Under the pieces are notes generated by a model. The model made no database searches. It saw nothing but the letters and a program-made list of their open reading frames with translations, and was not told the DNA's origin. Shown here in pieces: positions 27,040 to 40,019 of a stretch of 64,000 bases of DNA (position 1 is the first letter of the stretch; each line of letters begins with the position of its first letter). Both the position numbers and the translations under genes were made by a program. This stretch comes from Saccostrea cucullata (lineage: Eukaryota): positions 62,001-126,000 of the forward strand of contig NW_026940848.1 in NCBI RefSeq assembly GCF_032062105.1, written 5' to 3'.

Positions 27040-28235
27040 CATAGCGGGTTCCTGTAAATGTTAAACCAAGGCTCTTTCTTTAGTCCTTACTAAGATTTTA
27101 CAGTAGTGAAAGAGAAACTTCAAGAGTACCGTGTAACAATATATTCAAGAAGTGATGTAAATCAGATGTGGGTTCTTAAAAGTTCCAAGGAACTTTTAGG
27201 CAATTTGAAATCATAAGATCTCAACAAAATCAACAGCTAAAATCTTACGACTTTTCAACTTTATACACAACCATTCCCCGCGATAATTGAAAATCCGGGC
27301 TCTTGATTTAGTTGAGAGCTGCTTTTTCAATAAAAACGAACCTCGTACATTTACTTACATTGTAATTGATCATTTTCAAAACAATTTTGTTTAAAAATCT
27401 TATTGTACACACAAGTTCTCGGAAGGTGAAGGTGAAAGGATGTCCGAGTTTCTGATTGACGATATCTATGTCGTTTTTTTTTTTAGACCAGGTCTTCCAA
27501 CAATCTGTTGGAATTCCCATGGGTAACAATCGCGCCCCGTCATAAGCAGATCTATTTTTGTATTTGATGCAGAATTTATGCAAAATCTTATGCTTGAAAA
27601 AAAGAAAACTATTGATGTGGCTTTTAGCTCGACAATTAATAATGGTAATTTTCATTCTTCTGTCGATACGTTATGTCTTGGTGAGCTTGAGATAAAAGAT
27701 ACCACAGAGTCTGACACATCTGATTCATAATTGAATACTTTATTTGAAAATGACGTTAATGGTAATCTCAAAACCAAGTTTATTAAACATGATGACTTCA
27801 ACTTTTCTATTGTCAACTTCGCTTACTTAGAAGCAATATACCTTCATCACCTGCATACGGAGTTTATGTATCTCAGTTGATTTAATACTCAAGAGCATGT
27901 TCTACGTAAGAACAACTTCTAAAACGAGGTAGATTATTGACAAACAGGTTGATGAAAAACAAATCTAACTGTCTCGTTTAAAATCATCATTTCATTAGTT
28001 CTGTGGTCGATACAATGTTTTTTAAACTAATTGTTAGTCCATTATTTAAACATTAATTTTGATGACGATTTTTTCCCGTAATTTCCCGGTCATGACAAGG
28101 ACACACGGCAGGTGATGCATACTCTTCCATGGTAATAATCCCTTCTACGATGTTTTGGATGTTAGTGTTTGCTCTGATCCTACTTTGCATTCTTTAATGG
28201 ACTTTTGATCTTGACTACTGTTCGTTATCATTATA
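27040..28235 (+). mobile_element. Degenerate Penelope-like RT fragment (Naiad/Chlamys-type by motif) with 3' tail
   Basis: Decayed DFSTLYTTIP, QQSVGIPMGN, ELEIKDTTES, DDFNFSIVNF, PSSPAYGVYVSQL motifs with stops and frameshifts; clade call is inference. Confidence 0.7.
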
Positions 28236-28343
28236 TGTTTCAATGTATTATAAGAAATATATAACGTATCATAAGTTCGTATTTCGGCAGACTTGTTTTA
28301 TACTAATTATTAGATCTTGGCTATTCTTAATGTTGTGTTACAG

Positions 28344-28558
28344 GTTTTTTGAAAATGGATATTGGATTGGTATCCATGATATCTATCAGGAAAATTACTT
28401 CGTTGATATGAGGAATAGATCTATTGTCTATACAAACTGGGCTCAATCGCAACCAGATAACTCATATTCAAACTGCGTCAAGAAGGGTGAAACGGGATGG
28501 TTTGATGATTTTTGCGACGAAGATTGGTACAAAGCCATGTGTTCGAAAGAGATCGTAT
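28344..28558 (+). CDS. C-type lectin gene exon 3 (CTLD1 C-half)
   Basis: WIGIHD...YTNWAQSQPDN...CV...WFDDFC...AMC; donor gtacgt at 28559 gives the phase needed for exon 4. Confidence 0.9.
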
Positions 28559-28661
28559 GTACGTTTATTTTCATCATGAAAGGGAATAAAATACACAAAG
28601 AATAAGATTTTCACTTATTATTTCATGACCAATTATGTGATGTTTTATTCTTTGCTTATAG

Positions 28662-28824
28662 TAAATTGCACATCTGAGATGAAAGAAAATCTTATCAGTG
28701 ATATATACCTGTGGATATCTGTAGAAGCCACATCCTTCTTTGGAGCCGATGGAATTTGTCAAGAACATAATGGGACGTTTGCAGAACTAACGGATAATTG
28801 GACATTGCATTTTTTGTATGAAAC
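28662..28824 (+). CDS. C-type lectin gene exon 4 (CTLD2 N-half)
   Basis: ttatag acceptor; NCTSEM...SFFGADGICQEHNGTFAEL; gtaagt donor, phase 2. Confidence 0.8.
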
Positions 28825-29385
28825 GTAAGTTTGTGTTTCCTGCAGATGAATCTCAATGTTTTAATGCAAATGTTGACCTCATTCTTAGTATCTTTATATG
28901 TTTCGGTACATTTTTTTGGCGGGGGTGGGGTGCAGGAAGTAGAATTTCCATGAAAAATAGATCATAACTGCGCAAATAATTCGAATTTGATATTTTAGGA
29001 GATTTTCTGGTGGAGAAAAGATGTCTATCATTATTTTTTAATGTCATCTATCTCACATTAGGGGAGCATGGAATTTCGTTTACTTCTGGTCTTCCAACAT
29101 GTAGTAAAGAATCTTTGTATGACTAGCTGTTTTCCCTCAGCAATTTTTTTTATAAGCATAACATTTTTTGAAAATGTCTCGACAACCCATTTTCCTCTTG
29201 TTTATATCTTCTTTCTGTTTCTCATCAGGTAATTAAAAAGTATTTTTATTAGCTAGAATTTATTTTCTTCATATCAGAAGTATATATACGGTGACAAATA
29301 TAAAGAAACAAAAAAGAAAACTGAAAAATTAAAAAAGACAGCTTTTTTAAGCAAATATATTCATTTAAATATGTAAATAATAAGG

Positions 29386-30418
29386 ACCACTATTGAAATA
29401 ATTAAATCAATAGTGGTTGAGAGTGTATATCAATAGCATACATAGTTAGTAACCACTATTGAAATACAACCACTATTGAAATAATTATATCAATAGTGGT
29501 TGAGAGTGCATTTCAATAACAAACATAGGTAATAACCACTATTGAAATACGACCACTATTGAAATAATTATTTCAATAGTGGGTGAGAGTGCATGTCAAT
29601 TCAATATAATAACCACATGTTTCAACCACTATAAAATACGAGCACTGCTGAAATAATTATTTTATTGTGGGTGAGAGTGCATTTCAATATGGTTACCATA
29701 GATTTCACTATTGAAATACTACCACTATTGAAAAAAAAGTTTCTCTGTATCAGCAATTTTTTTATCTTTTGAAATAATTATTTCAAAAGTGGATGAAAGT
29801 GCATGTCAATATAATAACCATAGGTTTCAACATTTTTTGAAATACGAGCACTGCTGAAATAATTATTTGAATGTGGGTGAGAGTGCATTCCAATATGGTA
29901 ACCATAGGTTTCACTATTGAAATACTACAAGTATTGAAAGAAAAGTTTCACCGCATCAGCAACTTTTGAAATAATGATTTCAATATATATTGAATTCATT
30001 GTTCAATGCACTATCGAAATCACTAATTTAATCCATATTGAAATCTTTATCTCAAAAGTGTACATTGTTTCAATAGTGGTTGCAACCTATGTTTGTTATT
30101 GAAATGAATCTCACCCACTATTGAAATAATTATTTCAATAGTAGTCGTATTTCAATAATGGTAACTATCTATGTTTGTTATTGAAATGTACTCTCACCCA
30201 CTATTGAAGTAATTATTTCAATAGTGGTCGTATTTCAATAATGGTTATTACCTATGTTTGTTATTGAAACGCACTCTCAACCACTATTGAAATAATATTT
30301 CAATAGTGGTCGTATTTCATTAGTTGTTATTACCTATGTTTGTTATTGAAATGTTCTCTCAACCACTATTGATATAATTATTTCAATAGTGGTCGTTATT
30401 TCAATAGTGGTTGCAACA
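29386..30418. mobile_element. Foldback-like element A: inverted arrays of a roughly 83-bp palindrome-containing unit
   Basis: Units with accactattgaaataattatttcaatagtggt in direct orientation on the left and inverted on the right; ends ggttgcaaca. Confidence 0.7.
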
Positions 30419-30531
30419 GGTCTGTACACTTTTTACATTTCAGATTTCTTCTTACTAGTCACTATAGGCCAATATCACCCAAACTTGATACAAAGCATCC
30501 TCTTTGGAGAAGGGGATTTACATTTGTACAC

Positions 30532-30590
30532 TAGTCTGTATCATGCAGACGACGTTGCGTTTAATGCAAACGTCTGGATGATACATACTA
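30532..30590. mobile_element. 59-bp hairpin MITE, AcademH-like
   Basis: tagtctgtatcatgcagacg ... cgtctggatgatacatacta (TAG...CTA ends) with imperfect 10-bp TSD atttgtacac / gcttgtacac. Confidence 0.55.
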
Positions 30591-31713
30591 GCTTGTACAC
30601 AGGAAGTGGTGCACATTCTTTCAAGAGGAGATAATCAAGAATTCATTTCATGACAATTTGGTGGAATCTTTTCAAAAATCTTCATCTCAAGTACAACTAG
30701 GCAAGAAAAGATGAAACTTGTATGAGAGCCCTATGAATCAAATTTGTTCCTATCATCACTCCCTGGGATAGGGGACGGTTACAATAGGGACAAAAGTTTA
30801 CCAACGAAATATATTGGAAATATCTTTAAAAATCGTCTTCTTTAATAAGAACAACTAAGCCATGCATAATTATATGACATATTGATATAGAAGTATATTC
30901 AGGTGGTGTAGATTCAAATATTTGTTCAAATCATGACTCATGGGATAGGACAGTGCCACAACAATGGGTCAAGGTTTACATAGGAATATATACGAGGGTT
31001 GATCTAAAAGTTCGTGTAATTTATTTCTAAATGTTTATCGTGATTTGATGAAAGCAAACAACAGACATATTTATAATGTAGAGTCATGATGCAACAATGC
31101 TGGAAAATTTCACAACTTTACAATTACCATTAAGATCACACAAGCTTTCTTAAAATTAATTGTTATGAAACCCGGGGGAGACTTCAACGTTACGTCAATT
31201 TTGATCTGTCATGTTATGCTAGAGACGCATCTCACCCTTAGGTCCTATTCGAATACGTAATTCTACAAAATGCTGCCCTTTTCTCCATTTTTCTTTCAAG
31301 ACTGGGTATTCTCTCGCACAAACTTTTCTGAATTTTTCACACATATTTCAAAATACTCCCCATCTTTCCATATGATGTTCCAATTTCAGAAGCGATGTCA
31401 AGAATAGTACGTCAGCCGACAACGTCCAGTAACGCTTTTAATTTGTCTAGGGGGATAAAAACTTAAAGCAGAGCCTCCAAATGGCGGTCACACCTTTAGT
31501 TAACGTCTATGGAAGTTATATTTTTCTTAAAATTCTTATGCCATTGGAAAACCAGTGACTAAATATATTTTTCAAGCCTATGTCAATAACATATGCGTTT
31601 TAGATAGAGTGATCCCGGGATTTTCACAAAACGTATGACTTGACCGAAATTTGACGTTGTCTAACAACTTAAACATGAACAATAAATCAACAACTTATAA
31701 ACTGAATATCAGT

Positions 31714-34466
31714 TGTTGCAACCACTATTGAAATACAACCACTATTGAAATAATTATATCAATAGTGGTTGAGAGTGCATTTCAATAACAAACATAGTTA
31801 GTAACCACTATTGAAATACAACCACTATTGAAATAATTGTTGAAATAATTATTTCAGTAGTGGGTGAGATCGCATTTCAATGATATACATAGTATGTATC
31901 CAATATTGAAATACGACCACTATTGAAATAATAAGTTGAATAGTTGATGAGAGTTTCTTTCAATACCAAACATAGTTTACTACCACTATTGAAATAATGT
32001 TCACATTTGAAATAAATTTTTAAATAGTATTGAAATAATGATTTCAAAAGTGATTTAAATATTATGTCGATAGTTGCTAATAATTAATACTAAAAACACA
32101 CTGCAAGACTTATTAAAATGACTTAACTATTGAAAAATACAGGACTAATGGTTCTTCATGTTCTCCAACATTTTTGATTTATTTATTGAGTTTACTATGA
32201 AAATACGACTACTTGTGAATGATTATCTTTAAAAAAAAATTGTTAAAAATACGTTTCAAAACACAGTTTCACCACATTTTAATCACACCAACTATTTTAA
32301 TAAACCTAATACTAACTTCCCTAGAAACTTTGCTTTTTAATGTCTTGAGGAGTAGATATTTGCTTTACTATCCGTATTTGTAGTATAGGTAACCCCATGA
32401 ATATAAGCAACAATTTAGTTCTATACTTAATTCTTCTTATCAAAAATTCTTCTTCCGTCATTTCGATTCGGCCAGATTTAGCATGAGCTTGCTTATAACA
32501 TTTGCATACATGTTGAATTATACGCCAGTCAGTATAATATAAAGTGACCGTGTATTAATTGAAATTTCTACATAAAACGAAACCAAACAACTTTTTCTTT
32601 TACGTTTTAAACTCAATAAACTAGTTTATTGTGTTAGAAAACAGTATTGGTAATCCATCCTTATATATTTTTTTATTTGGGATACTTCAGTAGAGCTTGC
32701 AATGTGATTTTGATATTGAAATCATTGTCAGCAACTGCATGTATGAATTATTTTAATACCCATTAATATCATTGTTTAAAACACTATTGAAATCAATATT
32801 TCAATCACTTTTGAAATCTATATGTTAATCACTATTGAAATATTTATTTTTAAAGTAAACGTTGGTTCAAAAGCGGTTGCAACATATGTCAATTGGTATT
32901 GAAATGCACTCTCAACCACTATGGAAATAATTCTTTCAATAATGTCGTATTTCAATAGTGAATGCATATTATGTTTGTAATTGAAATGCATGCTCAATCA
33001 CTATTAAAAGAATTATTTCAATGGTGGTCATATTTCAATAGTTGTTGCATACTATGTTTGTTATTGAAATGTACTCTCAAATTCTCAACTATTATTGAAA
33101 TAATTATATCAATAGTGGTCGTATTTCAATAGTGGTTGAAACCTATGGTCATTATTCAAATGCACTCTCAACCATTATTGATACAAGCTAATTCAGAGAA
33201 TTTTGTCCCCCGCCTAAGGAAAAAGTAAACATGTTCTGTTGGGGGGGGGGGGGGGGGGGGAGTCGGATCCCCCTCACTGAATTTGTAGAATTATTAAATG
33301 TATACTTGCATGTATACTGAAGCAAATAAAATATACCATTATGGATATAAAGATTTAATTGCTTATTCTTAATCATGTGTATAGAAGATTCTTTTTATAT
33401 GGAATATTCATCACACTGTCATGATGGTTTTATGAGTTTGCACAAGCCAGACCTCGTAAATTTTTCATTTCGCGTGCTGAATACTTAATATTTAATAAAA
33501 AAGTATTTTTAAAAAAGTGGTCCGTCTAGGACTTGAACTCGGGACCTCTCAAATGGGAAGCGAGAAACATACAACTAGACCACGGAATCGCTTTACATGA
33601 AGTCAAGTTTATGCAGAAGTGAAGTCACATACATGTACATATTCATGTTCGGCATTGTCAAAATTTTACACAATCCATGGTGTTTAATTTATTTAGCCTT
33701 TATAAAACAGTCCTAATAGATGTAATAAGAAAATAAAGTCCGCCGAGAACCTGTTTTATACGCAATGACTCTCCTCATGCCCCTGTGCTAAAAATAGCGA
33801 CATGTAATTATAGTATAAATACTAATAAAACAAACGGGGCGGGGCACTTTGAGAGGGGTGAGAGAGGTCCTAGGGAGTTTTGGTATAAAATTACATTGCA
33901 TAAGCTCAAACTCTTCTTGAAATATCGCCAAGAAATGATAGTGTTACACAGACAGAATGTATAAATTTACGATCTTGAACTTTGACCTGTTGACCTCAAA
34001 ATCAATAGGGGTCTTTACTAGGCCACAGGGAGTTGTTATTTAAACTTTCATTGCAATAGCTTAAATGGTTCTAGAGATATCGTGTGGAAACGAAAGTGTT
34101 ATAACAGACAGAATTTGCTTATTTATGACCTTGACCTTTAACCTTAATACCTCAAAATCAATAGGGTTCTTCTTTAGTCCATGGGGAGTTGCTATGCTAA
34201 ATTTCATTGCAAAAGCTCAAAGGGTTCTCGAGATATCGTGTGGAAACGAAAGCGTTACAGACAGAAAGACGGACGGACGGACATACGGACGGACGGACAA
34301 ACCCAAATTAATATCCCCCACTTTTCAAGCGCTGGACAATAATTATTTCAATAGTTGTTGTATTTCAATAGTGGTTATTACCTATGTTTGTTATTGAAAT
34401 GCACTCTCCACCACTATTGATATAATGACTTCAATAGTGGTCGTTATTTCAGTTGTGGTTGCAACA
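31714..34466. mobile_element. Foldback-like element B (same family as A), interrupted by a HINE
   Basis: Begins tgttgcaaccac, ends gtggttgcaaca; inverted arrays of the 83-bp unit; no clear TSD. Confidence 0.7.
33184..34339 (-). mobile_element. HINE-like non-autonomous Helentron
   Basis: (gacg)n microsatellite, subterminal inverted pair ttgtcccccc (33203) / gctggacaa (34331), internal ttgacctt-containing repeats; removal restores the foldback unit. Confidence 0.75.
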
Positions 34467-34759
34467 TACCACATAGGACGGTTTTATTCTCATTTCACGT
34501 ATTAAGAATTTAAATGATATTAGTGCGTTAATGTCTCCCCCGCATTTCCAAACAAACGTTTCTATGGCAACTGCCATAGAATTGCTATCATAGATATTTA
34601 AAATGTTTTTTATTTAAAATGTTCATCAAGTGTCTAAATTCTCACATGTAATTTTCAACAATTTTACTCAAAAATAAATAAAATATGAAGAAATTCCAGG
34701 AACGTTTGGATCAACCCTCGTAGATATGATTATGATATAATCATTCATGATCACTCATA

Positions 34760-34966
34760 CTGTAGATCACTAAATTTTTGCGACACCTTATTTTCGCGAG
34801 ATAGTCATTGACTCTTGATTAGCGAGACATAATTCTCACGAATTGTTGTTTTTCCTCATATAATCGTAGGGAATACTTTTAAACGCGAGAATGAAATTTT
34901 CGCGAGCTCATTGTCTCGCGTAATTACGCGAAAATTAAGGTTTTGCGAATTAAATGTGATTTACAG
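34760..34966. mobile_element. Tc1/pogo-type MITE
   Basis: TA-ctgtagatcac ... gtgatttacag-TA with cgcga-rich interior. Confidence 0.65.
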
Positions 34967-35330
34967 TATCATTGTAAAACCTCCTCAGGTAGTGCAGATT
35001 CAAATTTGTTTAAATGTACGACTATCAGAATTAGGTCACGTTCAGCAGTCAAAATTTTACATAAGAAAACGTAGCAAAAAAATGAGAAATTCCTTTCTCA
35101 TTCAGAATAACAAAGCCATGATTATCAATATTGTTATGGACACATCGAGAGGTAGTGTAAATTTGACTTAGTCAATCAATACTGGATTGATTTTTGGCTT
35201 CTTCTTAGCCACTATGCTAAGGTGAGCGATGTTACCTATGCGTCTCGTTAATTTTAATAACTCATTTTGTTAAAAATCTTTTAACATCTATGTTGTTTCA
35301 TTTTCTTTACCCGATTTTTTTTAAATAAAG

Positions 35331-35557
35331 GATTGATAATAGATCAGAAGTTTGGATCGGTGTTCATGACCTAGTTTTAGAAGGATACTTCATGAATATC
35401 CGAAATGAGACTCAATGTTTTGGACCAGAAGATTGGAAAACATTAATTGATAATGACAAAACCTCTGATTGCGTAGCGTTTAATGGAAAAACATCAAGAT
35501 TAGTTGCATTACCGTGTGAAAAACAACTCCCCGTCTTATGTTCTTCCAGTTTCGAAG
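35331..35557 (+). CDS. C-type lectin gene exon 5 (CTLD2 C-half)
   Basis: VWIGVHD...DCVAFNG...LPCEKQLPVLC; acceptor aag at 35328-35330, donor gtaag at 35558, phase 1. Confidence 0.85.
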
Positions 35558-35998
35558 GTAAGATCTTTTCTGTATGCGGTATTTTCACAAGCAAATTTAT
35601 CTATATTTAAGATTATATAAATACAGTTTGTACGTCTTATCCATGATGTTCATCTTTTCAAAATAAGCCTTTCAAAAAGTGTTTTGTTCAATGTGCCTGT
35701 AACATTTAAAATCTTACTTAACTAAACTTCCCAAACCAAACATTTTTTTAAAATCCCAATTCATGTTCAAAAAAGCAAAATCTAAAACACAGAGCTAGCG
35801 CAAAGATAATTTTGGAGTACGGACCCCAATCCCCTGTACATAAATCCCAGGGTACATGTACTTAAATTTTCCCAGGAATCATATCTCGGTGAATAAATAT
35901 GAATTGATCCATATTATCAACTCAAGAAATAATGCTGAATATACCGTTAAACAAACATTTCACATGACAATTTTGCTACAATCATCAATAATTTTAAT

Positions 35999-37142
35999 AT
36001 GAACATCAACTACACATCAGCATCTGCCATATCAACAAGTATGCCATTATCTCTATTCAAAACAGATCCTGAACATTTAACTACAATAATTGTAATTGTT
36101 TCAAGAAAAATCGTCGATTCAAAAACAACATCCACAGCAGATCATGTACCGTCAACTAAATCTTCAACTACCGATAGCTCTCCATCGGAGTTAAAATCAA
36201 TAACCGATACCGTGCCATCAACTACAACAATATCAACCAGAACTCTCAGATTCACTTCGGTTTCACTATCAACATCTGATCCTGTGCCATCAACTACATT
36301 TTCTACTACCGTTAGCTCCACATCGGGGTTAAAATCAACAGGCGTTTCCATAACGTCACCCACAACAACATCGACGAGAACCGTCGAGTCAACTTCGCTA
36401 TCAACAATAGCTGATTCTGTGCAATCAACTCGAACTACATAGTCAACAACCGGTAATTCAGCATTAGAATCAACATCAATTCCAACTGTATCATATACAA
36501 CCGGTAGTTCAACATTGGTAACAACATCAGGACCAACTGCATCGTCAACATCAAGTAATTCTACATAGCTATCAGCAGCAACTCCAACTACATCGTCAAC
36601 AAACGACAGTCAAACATCAGTTTTAACATCAAACAACTCAAACTGCATCGTATACAACCAGAAGTTCACTGTCACGTCCAACATCTTCCTTAAAAAACGG
36701 TAACTCAGCATCGTTATCAACTCCAGCTACAACATCAGTATCAACATCAACTCCAACTACATCGTCAACAACCGGTAGTTTAACATCAGTCTCCACATCA
36801 TGGTCAACATCCAGTAGCTCAGCATCAGTTTCAACATCACGTCCAACTAGATGGTCAACAACGGATAGTTTAACAACAGTATCAACATCAGCTCCAACAT
36901 CAAAATCGACTCCAACTACATCGTCAACAACCGGTAGTTCAACATCGGTATCCACATCAACTCCAAGTACATCGTAAACAACCGGTAGATAAACATCGGT
37001 ATCCACATCTCCTGTTGATTTTAACACCGATGTGGAGCTAACTCCAACTACATCGCCAACAACCGGCGGTTCATTATTGAAATCAACATCTCCAAATTTA
37101 TCATTAACAACCGGTAGTTCCAAATCACCTTCACCATTATAA
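35999..37142 (+). pseudogene. Decayed Ser/Thr-rich mucin pseudo-exon
   Basis: Same STTGSSTSVST-type repeats as the downstream exon, but with stops (36440, about 36566, 36975, 36988) and a frameshift near 36631. Confidence 0.75.
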
Positions 37143-37897
37143 GAACGTTCTCGATGTGTATGGTATTTCCGGTATATGGTTAAAAAGTATATATTTTTGA
37201 GCAGAATGCATACAGATATATGAAAGTTTAGATAGAGGAGCTTAGGGAATTGAGTTTATATAGTGAAAATACATTGCTTTTCTTAGTTCTATAAAATCTT
37301 TTTTGGTTTTGGAAACATGTCCAAAAATGAATTCAAATGGTTTAAAGTGCTAATTTCGGGGGCCTCCCCATAAGTTAATGGTTATCAGAAATATATCATG
37401 CCATTTTGAAACAAAATCTTTAAATGAGAAAAATCAAACATCATATAGTCATAAATTTAAGCCCCTCAAAAAATTATTTATTGGTATTCTGCAAACCCCC
37501 CCCAAAAAAATACATACCAGGTACATTGAACACGATGCTTTTTTTATTTTATGCAATCAAATTATCAAATTTGTTAAAAGGAGTAAAGTATATCACTCCT
37601 CATTACTGGAAAGTATAAAAAAAAATATCAAGAGACACAGACATACGGTTTTACTTTATTAAAACGGAGGTGATCAGATTTCTAAGAGGGTCATTTTTCA
37701 ATGTGTGTGTAGTCATAGAAAATAACTGGTCTTGAATAGTTTTCTACGGTCGAAAAATGACCCCACTTGTCGTAGAATATTGACCCTCGGTCATTTTTTG
37801 TACGTAGAAAAATTACATCCTGGTCAATATTCTACGGGGGTAACTTTTCGTCGTTACACCGTCTTAACAATTATTTCATCATCTCTATCCGAAACAG

Positions 37898-38815
37898 ATC
37901 CTGTACCATCGGTTACAACTACATCAACGAGAAGCGTCGATTCCACATCGGTATCACTATCAACAACCAACACCGTACCATCAACTACAACAAAATCAAC
38001 GAGAACCGTCAGATCTGCTTCGGCATCAACATCAACAACTGATTCTGTACAATTAACACCAACTTCATCGCCGACAATCGGTAGTTCAACATCGCTATCA
38101 ACACTAGCTACTTCGTCAACAACCGGTTGTTCAACATCGGTATCAACATCAACTGCTGATTCTGTACCATCAGATCAAACTACATTGTTAACAACCGGTA
38201 GTCCACCATTGGTATCAACACAAACTACATCGTCTACAACTGGTAGATCAACATCGGTATCAACATCAACAACTGATTCTATACCGCCAACTCAATCTTC
38301 AATGTCAACAACCGGTAGTTCAACATCGGTATCAACATCAACAACTGATCCTATACCACCAACTCAATCTTCAATGTCAACAACCGGTAGTTCAACATCG
38401 GTATCAACATCAACAACTGATTCTGTACCACCAACTCAATCTTCAATGTCAACAACCGGTAGTTCAACATCGGTATCAACATCAACAACTGATTCTGTAC
38501 CACCAACTCAATCTCCATCGTTAACAACCGGTAGCTTAACATCAGTATCAACATCAACTTCAAATACATTGTCAACAGCCGACAGCTCCACATTGGGCTC
38601 AACATCATCAACTCATTCTGTACCATCGACTTCCACTATATCTTTAAAAACTGTCAGCTTTACTTTGGTATCATCTTCCCTGTCAAAGTCTACACCTAAA
38701 TCATCAAGCACAGTAAAATCGTCCTCAACAGACACCTTCCCATCGGCACATGTATCATCCTCTATGTCAAAGACTAATCTTATGAAATCAACTACAGCTT
38801 CCTCTGTGAACAAAG
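37898..38815 (+). CDS. C-type lectin gene exon 6 (Ser/Thr mucin stalk)
   Basis: Open frame with four near-identical 24-aa (72-bp) repeats; donor aag|gtagt at 38816, phase 1; acceptor either cag at 37897 or tag at 37807 (both phase 1). Confidence 0.75.
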
Positions 38816-39624
38816 GTAGTCTTTTAAATATCAAAGGCATTTTGTTCAAGTGTACAAATAGTACACTGGATTGTGCTTGCTTGATGCAATTAATTCTTTC
38901 AAATATGTTGATGTAAACTGTTATGGGTGTAAGCAACGTAACTTACCTACTGATATATTATCAAGATATTCTAAATTTCAAATTATAGTACCCTCATTTG
39001 TTCTAAGCCAAAAAATCAGCATGCGTTACCAGGGGTTTTGAATATATATCAAATGATGAAAATTCTTGCATTATTGGAGGAAAAATATACAAAAATTAGT
39101 AAACATAGATTCCAGATTTTCTTTTCATCCAAATTTGTTTTAGTAGAAGTGTGCAATACAATATATAAACGTTAAAAGTGCTGCACAAGGGTCTTTCACT
39201 TAGTGTAACTCTTAAAGTCCAGTGGAAAGGCAAATAAAGTTTAAACTACATTGCGTTATAATGTCCATAATTTAAAGATTTATTTGACAATTTGAGCCCG
39301 TTTAGTGGTCCAAGGAACCTAATTTAATGTTTAATTTTTGATATAATAAGGCTCCTTAGAAATCTTACGTATGAATGATACTTGTCATTAACAAAAAATA
39401 AGAACGCTCATCGAACGTGAAATTACATAAATTGATACATAAATTATATATCTAAGGATCAGCAAACCTAGAAGATGTATTTGTATATTTGTAAATTCAC
39501 CTGCAAAATGTCATGGTTTTGCATGAGTAAACATAACTGAATATGAAAGAATTTCACACTGAAAATAAATGTAGAAATTTTAAAGAATTAAGTTTATTAT
39601 TGACCAATATCTTTTTTTTTCAAG

Positions 39625-40019
39625 GTTGTATGTGCCCATGCGAGCGGATGAAAAATCAAGTCATCATAACAGACAAGAAAGTGCTCAAAGCTAAAATCGC
39701 AAAAATGAAAAAGGAGTTGAAAGTCAATAAAGCAGATTTGAATAAGCAGCTTCGCAAAAGAGTATCCATCTTTGATAAACGAGCCTCTGCCGTTGCGTTT
39801 GGTACGATATTTGGACCACTCCTCATTGCAATTTTCATCGGAATTATCGTCATCAGCGATATACCGATCATGATGCGTCATCTAAAATACGGTCTTTGCA
39901 AAATACCTAGAAAGAGGAAAAAGAAAAGACAATTTGACTCTGATGATGTTCGCGGAAGTTCCACGGATGTCCAGAAAACTGAAATTCAGCAACAAAAGAT
40001 GATCGATAATCCAGCTTAA
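39625..40019 (+). CDS. C-type lectin gene last exon (CxCxC, coiled coil, TM helix, cytoplasmic tail)
   Basis: ttttttcaag acceptor; GCMCPC...LKVNKADL...RKRVSIFDKRASA, hydrophobic AVAFGTIFGPLLIAIFIGIIVI, basic RKRKKKR, stop at 40019. Confidence 0.85.

Larger units (their letters stand above)
30993..34720. mobile_element. Mariner-type non-autonomous element hosting nested insertions
   Basis: TA-cgagggttgatctaaaagttc ... gaacgtttggatcaaccctcg-TA. Confidence 0.75.
30420..35250 (+). mobile_element. HINE-like element interrupted by several insertions
   Basis: HINE-type internal units at 30420-30990 and 34970-35170; 3' end ggtgagcgatgttacctatgcgtctcgtt. Confidence 0.55.

Noticed and set aside
36142-38936. 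Minus-strand Val/Asp-rich ORFs (36142, 36638, 38351, 38613)
   Set aside because: Antisense shadows of Ser/Thr codon repeats.
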